A stretch of 64,000 bases of DNA from Octopus bimaculoides. Lineage: Eukaryota. Shown here in pieces: positions 38,201 through 51,300 of the stretch. The stretch lies in assembly GCF_001194135.2 (NCBI RefSeq), contig NC_068996.1, forward strand, positions 38,580,223 to 38,644,222, read 5' to 3'. The notes under the pieces were generated by a model. The model was not told the DNA's origin. It saw nothing but the letters and a program-made list of their open reading frames with translations, and ran no database searches. The position numbers and the translations under genes are program-made. Within the stretch, counting starts at the first letter, position 1. Every line of letters begins with the position of its first letter.

Positions 38201-41200
38201 TCACTGACCAACCTTGTACTTTCAGGTTCAATCCACTCTGTGGGACTTTCAGCAAGTGTCTTCTACTATAACTCCAAGTTAACCTAAACCTTATTAAGTG
38301 AACTTGGAAACTTAAGCTTGCCATCTCTCTCATCTGTATAGATAAATAGATGTGCGTGTTTGTCTCCTTGTGTTGAGTTTGAATGCTGATTATAAACAAT
38401 TGTCATACAAGTAATGTTGTGAAATCCTGCCCTGCCATTGTGTTGTTCTTGTTTTGAAGGACAAGAGGAAATATTGCCTCACTCAGAAGCAGGTGAGGGT
38501 TAGCAATAGAAATAGAATACTGTTCCATATTTTTGAGATAAGGAATTCTGTATGCACAATGTTCTATTGACTGTTTTGGCGTGATTTCTACAACCTGATG
38601 CTCTTCCTATCACCAGCCACTTTACGGACTGTACTCAGTGCTTTTTACATAGCATCAGCAGTGTCACCAAATAACTTGCAGGACAAAACTCAACTGGGAG
38701 AGGGGAAGTATTAAAGTGGTTAAAAAATATGATAGAAGGATAGAGATGTCTTGCTGTAGAGATTACATAGTTACCCCAGTTGAGAGAGATATAGAGAGGT
38801 GGTAGTTGTGAAGATGTGTTGGGACCTGCACCCACTTATTGCACTTGGTATAACACTAGTGTAACAATAATTTGGTACCCTCCCAGCAGTATATCGGATA
38901 GATACTATCCCTTAGTGGGTTGAATCCTCAACCCCTAACTCTCTTGGATTATATATATATATATATATATTATTTCTTCCTTCAATGCATTGATAAGTGC
39001 CGTTGGATTTCAGAGTTTCTGATTATTAACTCCTTCGGCACCTCTGCATTGCTTTAAAAAAAAAAAAAAACCTAACGTAAGAATTACCTTAGAACTTATC
39101 AAACAACTGAGGTAATATCTGTCATTGCCTGAAGTTATTATACATTGAAATGTTTGAATATTAGCATGTGATTGTAATTTGTACTTTTTTTCTCCTGTGG
39201 TTTTTGAGTATCATTACTTCTGTATTTTCTACGGTGTTAAATATATACAATCCTTATTTTCAGATGTTGCTTGGATACAATGCGTCTGGTTGATCTCCTC
39301 TTAGTATTGTTATTTGAAGGACGGAAAGCACTTCCTAAAGCTGCAGCTGCTGCTTCATCATCTGGCATTGGTAGCATATCAAGCAGTCGCCTACTCCCTG
39401 GATTAAGACGTGTTGATAGCTCAGGGACTGGAGAACCACGATCACACAGACAACTCATAGATTGTATCAGAAGTAAAGATACAGATGCTCTTATTGAGGC
39501 TGTTGATAATGGTATACTTTTTATATACTTATAACATATATATATATATATTTCTCCACTTCTACTAGGCAACTCAACAAACTAAAATATTTTGACATTT
39601 TGTTACAGTATTGCTTAATTTTAATTAGAATGTATGTGTGAATGTGTGTGTGTCGATTGTTTTAATAGTGCCAAAATTAAGTGTTTAACAATATTAAAAC
39701 TAATATAAGTGAATTCATGTGAGCATTATTATACTGAACTAGATGCTTTCAATATATTCCAGTAGTGCTCCGTATTAAATATCTCTAATATTGATAAAAT
39801 AAAATATCGGCAAGATAACTTTAATTCCATTAATTATACTCACTCCTGACAAAAAAAGTTTGTACCTAGAAAGAAAAGCAATCTTCAGAAAAAGTTTACT
39901 TTTAAGCTGGACATTTCACCAGTTTGGGAAAGTCTACTTACTGTTCCTTTTCTTTCAAACTAGCTGATTATGAACAAAGAAAAAAAAGGCAGAAAACAAA
40001 ATTAGTTTAAGACTTGATATGCTTGTATTTGGATGTTGGGATTGATATTTTGTAAAGAAAGTTTGGTATAGATGATTTAATTTGATTTTTGTATTTATGA
40101 CCACGGGATTTGGGCTGATGATTGTCCCTAATTTGAAATTTTCATGAAGTTATGTTTATATTGCTGGAAAAGACTAATTTTGCTGTTTGGAATATGTAAA
40201 TTCAACACTGCAAACTCTCAGAACATTTACTGCTTTTACTATTATTCCTAAAAGAACTGAACCATGAGAGGGGTTATTTGTCTTTGCTATAGATTCATAC
40301 TTTTATGTCTTATAGTTCTCTGCCTCTTCTTGCATTATGTAATGCTTTCTTCATTGAAACTTTAACATTTACATCTCAAAGGACAAAACTTTTGAATGTA
40401 ATTAAGAATTTAAAGATATTTATTAAAATTTTGTTACAATGTAAAGTGATATGTGTATGTATATGTATATATGTGTGTGTGTATATTTCTGTGTGTGTGT
40501 ATATACATATACATACACACACACACATACACAATTTGCATTCATAGAGTTTGCTGTAAAATAGTCAAGGCATGGCTTGAAGTCATTCTGATATTTATCT
40601 GATAAATTTAGAACATTTCCATCATGCAGATGGTAAATAAAATAGCTTTGTCATATAATACGACACCACCTCGTAAGTGTGAGCCAATGGAAAAGGCACT
40701 ATTTGGTCACTTGATCTGCCTAGCATTGGAATTGGCTATGCTGTTAAAACATAGGGTAGGACAAGATTCCTTGTGGTATGTGTTCCAGTAGTGTGTGATC
40801 CATGTTCAAATCCTATTGACATCAATTTTTCTGTTCATCGTTTTTAGTTTATAAAGTACATACCTAAGGCAGTAGATTGAAGGCATTGTTTTGAGTTTCA
40901 GCAGAGATGCTTTGCATCTCAAGTTCTTATTGTCCACTTTAAGATTACAACTTGATCTGATCCTCAAGTGCCTTTCACAGAGTTCAGTCCTGCAATCATG
41001 CAGGCTAACACTTTAGTTGAGGGATAAGTTCTTCACAGACTTGTATGAACTAACTCTAGAATGTCAAATGTTTGGTTTTATTCTCCTAATTGAAGCGAGT
41101 GTTGGGCAAAACCCTCTTAGTTAAAGTGTGAAAGTGGACAACCCTCCCCCTTTTTTTTTCTTTTTTCCCTTACAGTCATTGGACTGCAGCCATCCTGGAG

Positions 41201-43468
41201 CACTGCGTTGAAGTTTTAGTTGAACGTATTTGACCAGGGAATTTTTTCGCCTTTTACTTGTTGCAGTTATTAGACTGCAGCCTTGCTGGGGCACCACCTT
41301 GAAGAATTTTTTTTTTTTTTTGAAAAATATTTTTTGTAGCAAATATTCAAAACCAAAAGATTGCAATAACAAAAAAGCATTGCTGAGTGGGTTTTAAGTG
41401 GACGAACTTAAAACATCAGGAATATTAGTGTGGATACGGAAAGGGTGTGTTTGAAATTTAAAAAAATATTTTTCAGATTCATAATCTCTGGAATCCTCAC
41501 AGAAGTTTTGCAAAAAAGTGAAGAAAAAAAAGTAAAATTAGGTGGGTTAAATTCAAGGCAGGGCCCCAGCATGACTGCAGTCTAATAACTGCAACAAGTA
41601 AATTCTGGGGTCAATGCATTCAACCAAAACATCTTCAAGACAGTGCTTCAGCTTGGCCACAGTCTAATGACTGAAACGTAAAAACTAAAAAGAATAAATA
41701 AATAAAAAAGTAACTGAAAAATATAACCAAGGGGTTTTTGTCTGCTTTCGTAGTTTAACTAAAGGGAGTTTTGTCCAGATCCCAATTGAAGCATACAAGA
41801 TGGTTCAGGTATTATTCCTAAATACCCTATTCATAGTATAGAGCCAAAATAATTAGATAAATTAATCAATATACAACTTGAACAATAAAGGCTAGAATAT
41901 GAGATATTAGCTAGTGTCTGTGCAGAAACCTGTGAGAAAGACCCATCCAGATACGATGTATGTGCATGCAAATGCATACACACTTTCTTATTAAGAGTAC
42001 TTAGAACAAAGAATTGCCCAGGTGATATACATAGCCAAGTTCTTCAGAACCAATACACAAGGGAAAGCTTTTTTTTTTTTTTAAATATTGTTCATATCAC
42101 CACAAGCTAATGCTGAAAATGTGTATGGATTTTTAAAAACTGAAAAAAAGCCTACATGTACTCAGTATGTATAGAGAAAGTGAAGGGAAAACGAGTCACA
42201 TCTTTTAGTATATGGATTCTTTTCCAGCAGTTAAGATAAAATTTTCCTTTATGTTGCACTAATTTAACAAATCTGAACCAATATTAATAATGACTTTGGA
42301 ACCGCAACTTTGAACATAAGCTAGTTATATATATTTTACAGAATGTATAAGTTACATTAGTCTTGGACACAAATGTAATCTCACTCTGTAAACCACAGGT
42401 CTTGGGTCACCTTTTAAACCTTTTTATTTCTATTTTGAGTGGTTTCCCTTTACCGATTGTCTAAATAGAAGAGGCCTTTACAACTTCAATTTATTTGTAT
42501 TAATAGGTCACTGCAACCTATTTATGTTCAATGCTCATTATTAATCATTTTAACAAAAACTATTTACACAATTTTTCTACATTAAAAATTTGTAGTTCGC
42601 TCTTTCAATTTTGCCTTTTTTAATCAACAAAAATAATCAAGAGCTTTCTTGGTTTGGATGATTGAATGAATCATGAATTGGGTTCCATTTCTTGTTGTTG
42701 CCACTTGTTTTGGTAATCATCACATGTTTTAAGTGCCTTCTTTACTATGCCTGCATGGGTCAGGTGATATTTGTTGAGGCAGATTTTATATGGCTAGATG
42801 CCCTTGCTTTATATAGCCAGCATTTTTCCTTTTTCCAATTAAGGGAGTGTTTCACTAAGACCAGACATGTTTTCATGGCAGATTGGAAACAAAGGACACT
42901 GCTTGAATGATGGTAATACTCACTTTACAACTATTGTGTGATATCAAGATAAGGAGTACCAAACATCTATGATGTTTTTCTTTCAGTTTCCATATGCTAA
43001 ATCTACTCACAAAGTTTTAGTGAGTTTTCAGGTTTATAGTGAATCATTTTCCCAGGATGTATCCCATGTACTTATGAAGCAAACTTCTTGATCTCAACTA
43101 TACCTGTACCTCCATGCATCTGGTAGTGGCAGTTATTATATGCAAATAAATCCATGTACATTTTGCATGTTGTCAAATAATATATGTATTTTTATGCACT
43201 TCACCTATTTTATTTCAAACCGCAAAATCAGATTTAATTCTAAATTTTTAAAATTTAGGTCATGGCGCTCCAAATTACATTTATTTGTAATACATGATAA
43301 CAAGACTTTCAATAATGAATTTTACAATTAATATAGACAATATATGTTTTTGTAACATTTTTCAATACCTTGAGCTGAAACATTGAATATTTTTCAGTCC
43401 CATTCCCCACTTAAATTTTGACTTAGTGTAAGTTGTGCTTTTAGGAATTAAAATTAAGGCAGTGAGTT

Positions 43469-43509
<41 letters not shown>

Positions 43510-44614
43510 TTTACTGGTTTCAGCTCAGGGCTGAGGTCATGCTGGTGCACCACCTATATGTATATATAAATTGAGACAATTTAGCTGAAGTGAAATAAAT
43601 GCCCAAACATTGGAACATCTCCACTCCGTCTTTTCCTCCTCCCCTTCACTATATGTTAATTTGCTCTTTGGCATTTCCGTCCATGTAATTTTGCATTATC
43701 ATTTGACTGGCTGTGCTGGGGCACTGCCTTGAAGAATTTTTAATTGAATGAATCCCCCTCCTTTTTTTTTATTTTTTTTTTTATATTAAGCCTGGTACTT
43801 ATTTTATCAGTTTACTTCTGCCAAACTGCCAGGTTAGTGTCTCAAGCGGTAGGGACTAACACAGACATACACACACACTTCTTTCAGTTTCTGTCTACCA
43901 AATCCACTCATAAGGCTTTGGTCAACCTAAGGCTTGCCTAGGACCATTTAGTTAGGAAGGAAACTTGTTACCATGCTCTCACACCTCTTATAAGTAAGGA
44001 CAAAATAATAGGGAAATACCATTTGTTTCTGGAATCATTGGCTAAGGATTCTATGCTTCAATTCTGGTTTCTATCTGATTTCATGAAATGTTCTTATTGT
44101 TTTACAAGACTTGCTATCTAGGATTTCTCATTTCTGTAGCTCTTTTCCAGTCAGCTTAACACGATGTTTGATTGTCGGTTGTTTTGTACTTTATTTAACT
44201 TTTTTAAGAAAAAGATTTATATTAAATGCATTTTTCTTTTTTTTTTTTAGTAATATTTAAAAAAGATTTTTCTTCCATTATTCTATTGTCCGACATATAT
44301 TGTACCACATCGTTCTAATGCATTCTATATTTGAGTCTTGTTCTTTCTCATGCACCAGCATATTGTACTTAAGTTGTTAAAATTTTTTTCATACCTTCAC
44401 TTTAAAAGTGGGCCCTCAGTTGGCTCTCATTTGATTTGATTTCATTGTTTTTATATCCACTCTTCTGTGAAGGTAATGAGTTGGATTGGACAGAACAATG
44501 CAGTGTTGCAGCTTATATAACATTTCTTTTAGCATTGAGAGATACAGTGCATTATTATATAATTTAATCCATCTAGAGGCTTTTTAAAATGAATGAATAT
44601 AACTCTGAAAATTA

Positions 44615-44652
<38 letters not shown>

Positions 44653-45290
44653 CACACAGCAGTTGTTAAAGAAATATTCTGTAAAATAACCAGAATGTAC
44701 ATAAAATAAAAGAAGCAATTGATTGTTAAAATGTTCTTAGATGCTAATAGAAAAGACTTTCAATTTTCTAATGAAAATTGGCCTGGATTAAGAATTTCAA
44801 ATACCTCTAATAGGGAATTAAAATGTATGCAGGAATAGCGATTTTCACTTCAAAATTCAATCTTGGGTAAGATTTTCTAGTATATCCTCAGGCTGAACCA
44901 AATCTTGTGGGTGGATTTTACAGGCAGAAACTGAAAGAATTTCATTGTGTATTTATGTTCTTGATAATTGCATGTTAATTTCATTGGTTAACAGTGTTGT
45001 ATGTATAAATTGATTTATATTTATATGTATTTTATCTATTCTAGGCTTTGATGTGAATTTCATGGATGATGTAGGTCAAACATTGTTGAATTGGGCTTCT
45101 GCTTTTGGCAGTCAAGATATGGTACATTTATTTATTTATTTATTTTTTTTATGTCATATTTCCTTTTGAATTACGTTTACTATGTGTTAGTTAATAATAA
45201 TAATAATTTAATATTGAAAACCTGCAGTGTAACTAAACTAATATTTTTTGTAGTGTTTGGTGTTAATATTCTTTCTTGTTCCTGTGTGTT

Positions 45291-45356
<66 letters not shown>

Positions 45357-48300
45357 CTGTGTATGTTAATGTCTTTCTCAAAACTTTCTTAATCTTTATT
45401 TCATGATTGCAATGACTTAGATCTAATTTTAAAAGTTGCCAACTGTTATATCATTATCTTTAATCCCTCTGTCACCATTTGACTAAGAACATGAAGTCCT
45501 TAGGAGATTAAACAAGAAGCCTGTTATTCTTGGTTTTGTAATTTTAGTGGTTAGTTTTCAACTAAGTTCCTTCTGAGGTTTTCTAACAGTTGTAATTGGC
45601 ATTCTAATATATCAGCTCTTTAATAACAGGTTAGAATATTGTATATGAAGTTACCAAGAGTTCCCCAATAAAACGAATTTTTCTTGTTTGCTAGGTTGAA
45701 TTTCTTTGTGAACGTGGTGCTGATGTAAACAGAGGCCTTCGATCATCCTCATTGCACTATGCAGCATGTTTTGGTAGACCTCAAATAGTAAAGGTTATTA
45801 TCTGTTTGCTTATTTTATTGTTTATTAGTTTACTTGAAATTATTTAGGTTATGTGATGTTTAATGTTTTTGTTCAACTTACATAAAATCTTCAATAAATC
45901 TAATTTAAAACATTTAAGTTTCAAATGCATGATTACAGAAATGGTTGTTTCCGATTTATTATTTAGACTTTACTAAGATATGGTGCTAATCCAGATCTTA
46001 GAGATGAAGATGGAAAAACTCCATTAGACAAAGCAAGAGAAAGAAATGACGAAGGCCATCGAGAAGTCATCCAAATATTACAATCACCAGGTAAATTCAA
46101 TTTGTAATGTATTTTGACTTAGCTGAGAAAAGGGGCTCTTGTGTTGAATGGGGAGGGACATGAAGTTTATTAGTGTGGTGAAATGAAAGATTATTAAAAA
46201 AAAAGTGTTTAACTTGTTCTTTATTTTAAACTTACAGCTTTGAAGTAATTCAGCTAAATGTATTTTTGGGGTTAACTGCCTCCTCCCACCCACTCCATTG
46301 AGACCTCTTGGACTGGAATCATTGAATGTTTGCCACAGGTTGGTTTGGGTAACATTTAATTTAAATTGTCACCAATTAAAATTGAAAACATGAGTATACA
46401 TATGTATTGCCTGTGTGGTAGTAAGCGTGAGAAAGATGCAGTCTTAGAAAAGTGTAGGGAAAATGTTGTGCATACATTTTCTGGTTGATGATAAACCAGC
46501 CAGAAGGTTGTACGTGTTTGCTATGAACCTTGTGCATGTTCAAAGGAGCACACATCCTTATGAACAAAATAAACTTATCTGGGGTAGGTCTTTGCTGCAG
46601 TTGGTCTGACATTTGTGAATCTGATTTATTCTCAGATTAATTTGAGCTGTCAAAGTCTTAGTTCATTGGGTTGAAATGTTCAATAGCCACAAGGCTATTG
46701 AACATTTCATTGAATTTTTTTTTTCAATTTCACGTCTTTTTTTTTTCTAGAAACTCTTCAGTTTCTATATATATAAAAAAAAAAAGCTTTCTAATAAAAG
46801 CAGTTCTAAATAAAAGATTTTTTTTTTGTTTCCCTTTATATATTTTTTAGTGGTTTTTAGTAATCTTTTCTTGTTGCTGTGTAATGCATATATTTCAAAT
46901 AAGTTTTACTTTTGTTACTGATATGATTTTTTTTTTAATGAGATGAAAATTTATGCAACAGATTGGAACATTTGATCTTGGGCCAAAATTCTGCAACTTT
47001 AACTGTAGTAGCTGTGACACTTATGTTTATTGTGACTTTTTAAAATCTCTCTTCTTCCATTTCCTANNNNNNNNNNGTTCAAAGAGAAAATTCACAAATA
47101 GAAACAGACAGAGAAAAAGATTTGGTTGAAGAAGACAAAACAGAATGTACAGAACCAAAAGGTGATCCAGAAGTTGCCCCATTATATATTAAAGGGCTCC
47201 TGCCTGTCTTTGCACAAGTATTTCATGGATCCATGTTGATATCAGTCAGGTAATTAGTGACTTTTTTTTTTCTTATATGAAGGAATACAATAAATTTCTA
47301 AATTTAACTTATTTTCAAAATATTCTCATGTGTTTTTTTTTCACCCTCTGAAGGAAAGCCAGCTTGTCACTCATCAGAAAAATGGTCCATTATATTAGTG
47401 GGCCACTTTTAGCTGAAATGAGTTGCTCAGAATTTAGCAGCCCAAATTTTGGATCATCTCTTACAGAAGTCATTGCTACAGTTCTTGACAATGAAGTAAG
47501 TTCATGTTAACTTTAACTCTTTAATTACTACATTCAACTAGAATACACCTATGTGTTTCATTACTATTCCAAATTAACTATAAATTTTAATGCTTCATGA
47601 AACTATTATAACTTTCAATGAATATATTAGTGTTTAGACTATGAAAGGTCTTGTGTAAATCTGCAATGGATTTTTTGTCTCAGTTATTCTAATTTGATGT
47701 AAAATTATATCTATGACAAAAAAAAAAAGCCCAAATTTTGTTCAGTTAAATAGGAGCCCATATCCTCCTTTTCCTTTGTTTGCATTCTGTGACAAATGGC
47801 CTCTTTCATCTGGGAAATTTCAATTGGAAGAAGCTTGAGTAAATAATCACTGTGTAAGTTTTCTAAAATATGTGATAGAGAAATATTTTAAGTTTTCACT
47901 GCAATCTCTTTTTGGAATTAATTCATTCTCTGCATAAGTTTTTTTCACTATCAGGTATTGAAGCATCTGGTTCTATGCCCATTGCATTAATGCCTGTTGC
48001 ATTTCCTGATCTGTAGTAGTTGCTTATTTCAAATTTATAAAATTACTATTGCTAAACCTGAGGTATATAAAAGTTTTAAAAAGGTTATAACATTTGAAAA
48101 CAGTAAAAATAAAATAAAATATTTAAAAAATAAGGAAAAATGGTAGTGGAAAATAATAACCAGATTTTCTAGGGTCATCAAATTCACACCTTAACAATAT
48201 CAGTATACAGTGTTTACCTGTTGCAATTATATCTCTTATGTAGTAGCACAATTTTCCTGAATATTCTAATTTAGGTGTGAATAGGTAAATTTGGGCAATT

Positions 48301-51300
48301 TCTGCTTCTTCAGTAATATCCAAGATTGTTTGAGTAACAAGAACTAAAATAGTAAACATTTTTATGGAATGGATCGTTTTATTTACTCTTGTAGGAAGAT
48401 GATAACGGCCATCTAATAGCATTGCAAGTGGTGCAAGACTTGATGAAGAAAGGGCAAGAAATTTATCTGGAACACTTTGCTCGCCTTGGCTTATTTAGTC
48501 GTGTACTAACCTTGGTTGGACCATTTGAAGAAGAGAAAGACAAGGAGAAGGTTTGTATTTGAAAATAATTTTTGCACAAGGCTCAAATAGTAAAATGTTA
48601 TTCTGGATGCCTTACTGTACCTAGTACTAAGTTCAAATTTCAAAGAGATGAGCTTGACCTTTTCATTTATTACTGGTTGGTAAAATAAATATTATGAATA
48701 TACTTGGTTGATTCTAGAGAAAATTAATTTCATCTCACAAAAATAGAAGACATTAATTTTTAATATTTTGTTTCAGGAGGAGGAGGAACCAGTTATTGAA
48801 GATGCTAAAGAAATTCTACCAGGCAAGCCTTATCACTGGAAAGATTGGAGTATAGTTCGAGGACGTGATTGTCTGTATCTTTGGAGTGATGCTGCTGCCT
48901 TAGAATTATCTAATGGAAGTAATGGGTGGTTTCGTTTCATATTGGATAGTAAACTTGCTACTATGTATTCCAGTGGAAGTCCAGAAGGAGGTTCTGATAG
49001 TTCTGGTAGGGCTTTGTTTTACTTTTTTCTTTTCCTGTTGCTATTTCATCAGTTTGGTTTTTATATCAATTAGCAAATATATTTCACTAATCTTTTTAAC
49101 TTCTACAGAAAACCGAGGCGAATTTGTTGAAAAGTTGCAAAAAGCTCGTAGTCAAATTCGTTCAGGGACAATGAGCCAACCAATTGTATCAAAGCCTGAC
49201 GCTGCCAGCTTGATTGTTGGTAATTGGGTGTTGATGTGCAAGAAAACTGGAGAAATGCAAATTCATAACTCCGATGGCCAACAGGTAAATGTTTGCTGAA
49301 AATCTATTAATTCAAAGTTTAAATTACTTTTTATCTACTTCCCATCTTCAGATTTTTACATAAGTGGAATGATAGTTGATAATGCCAGATTAAATAGTTG
49401 CCTTTTAGCATCTAGTCAATTCTGTGTTCAAATATCACCATACCAGTAAAGACTGGGGTTGATAAAATCAACTACAATACTTTTAAATTTCTATTGTGTT
49501 GTACTAGAGAATAAAAGGTGAACTTATGATTTTAAGTTAAAGTGGTTTAAATTTCAGCTTAAAAGCATTTCACCATTTGTATAGGACCCATCAAATTTTG
49601 TGCCTTATTTTTTTTTTCTTTTTCCTGTTTTAATGAAAGTTTTTCTTTTTTCCTTCTTCTTTCAAACAGCAATCCACATTGTTAGGAGAAGATCTGCCAG
49701 GATTTATTTTCGTTTCCAATAGAGGAACCAGACATTCTTTTACTGCTGAAACCACATTAGGTCCAGAATTTGCAGTTGGATGGGGTGGCAAGAAAAGTAA
49801 AAAGTCCAGGACAAAAATTGATGCTTTAAGAATGAAAGTAATTATACTTTAAGTATCTAATTTGGATTGTTTAAAATTTTTCTTTTACACAATTATTTTG
49901 ATATTTTCTCAAATAACTTTGGAAGGAGTTAGTTGATAACAATTTTGGATATTGCTATTGGGGAAACTGAATTCAATGAAGCTGGGTTAAATTTAATACT
50001 TGTCTAAACACACAAATTGAAATAACTCAAAATTGAATTTGCAAACTTTAATCTTTAATTTAAAAATTTTTTCACTTGTAATTTAGTCTTGCTTCTCCAA
50101 TAACCTATACTTCAAAAAATTCTTGCTTTGTATTTTATTTTTTCCACCATACCATGATGTTTTATACATGGTACATAAACTGCATAATTTTGAATTGACA
50201 TGATTTAATTAAACCTTGTTTACTATTACACATTTTGTACTACATAAAATGGTGTTTTCTATTTTTAGGTAAGGACCTTAGCCAGGGAGCTATATGAGCA
50301 ATACTTTAGAGTAGCTGAAGCTTCTCCTCGTAGCATTGTGGCTCGAATTAAAAACATTGTGCATCGACTTGAAGCTTCATATGCTAAACAGATCAGTCAA
50401 ATAAAAGTAAGTAGCTTCCTTCACTTGTAAAACTGATAGACTATGACAATTTTTAACACATCTAAAATCTGTTATATGATAAACATTAACCCTTTAACAT
50501 TTAAACTGGCCATATCTGGTCCAGATATTTTACCTGTTTAGTGTTCAAACCAGTCAGATCCAACCTCTTACACCTACAGTGTCATTCTAAAAATAATCAC
50601 ATTATTGAAATCTCGAAACTGAGATAATATTGATCCAAAACATTGTGATTAAATAAGCATTATATTTTGACAGAATAATTTGAAAGTATATCACTTAATG
50701 CATAAATTTATTACAAACATTACTTACGCATTTTCTCTGCTTTTCTATTTTAGTCCCCTACAGGTGAAGTGGAATGGGAGGAAGACATGCATGCTGCTCT
50801 GGAAGAATTAACAGCATTATTAAAAGATGAGCACACAGTTTCTTCTTTCGAACTTTCAAGCAGTGGATTAGTCCAAACCTTGCTGAACATCTTAAATAAT
50901 GTAATTGTTTCTTCTTTAGTATTTTTAGATATATGAAGTTGCTTATTTTAAATACTAGAATTACTGCTTTTATGTTTTTGTTTTTGTTTTGTTTTGTTTT
51001 GTTTTCTTACATCCTGGTAACTAAATTTTCTAAAATAGCTACCATCAAATACTTATTCCATATGACATACAGTTGAGAAGTTAAATGCTATGTCTTAACT
51101 AAATTTAACACCTGGTTTGAAAAGTTGAATGATTTAGTCACTACAGTCAACTGGTTTTGTCTTAAACACAAGACTTCCAATATACTGATTTATAAGGATG
51201 AGATTGTGAAATTCATGACTTTATAAAAGACATTAGTAAAGAAAGTTAAGTAGCCTAAACTGGAAATCAAGTTTAACTCCATGATTGTTTTGTATATATA

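Noticed and set aside
39237-39572. Antisense ORFs over exons 5, 2 and 26 (e.g. 111 aa)
   Set aside because: Shadow ORFs of real coding exons
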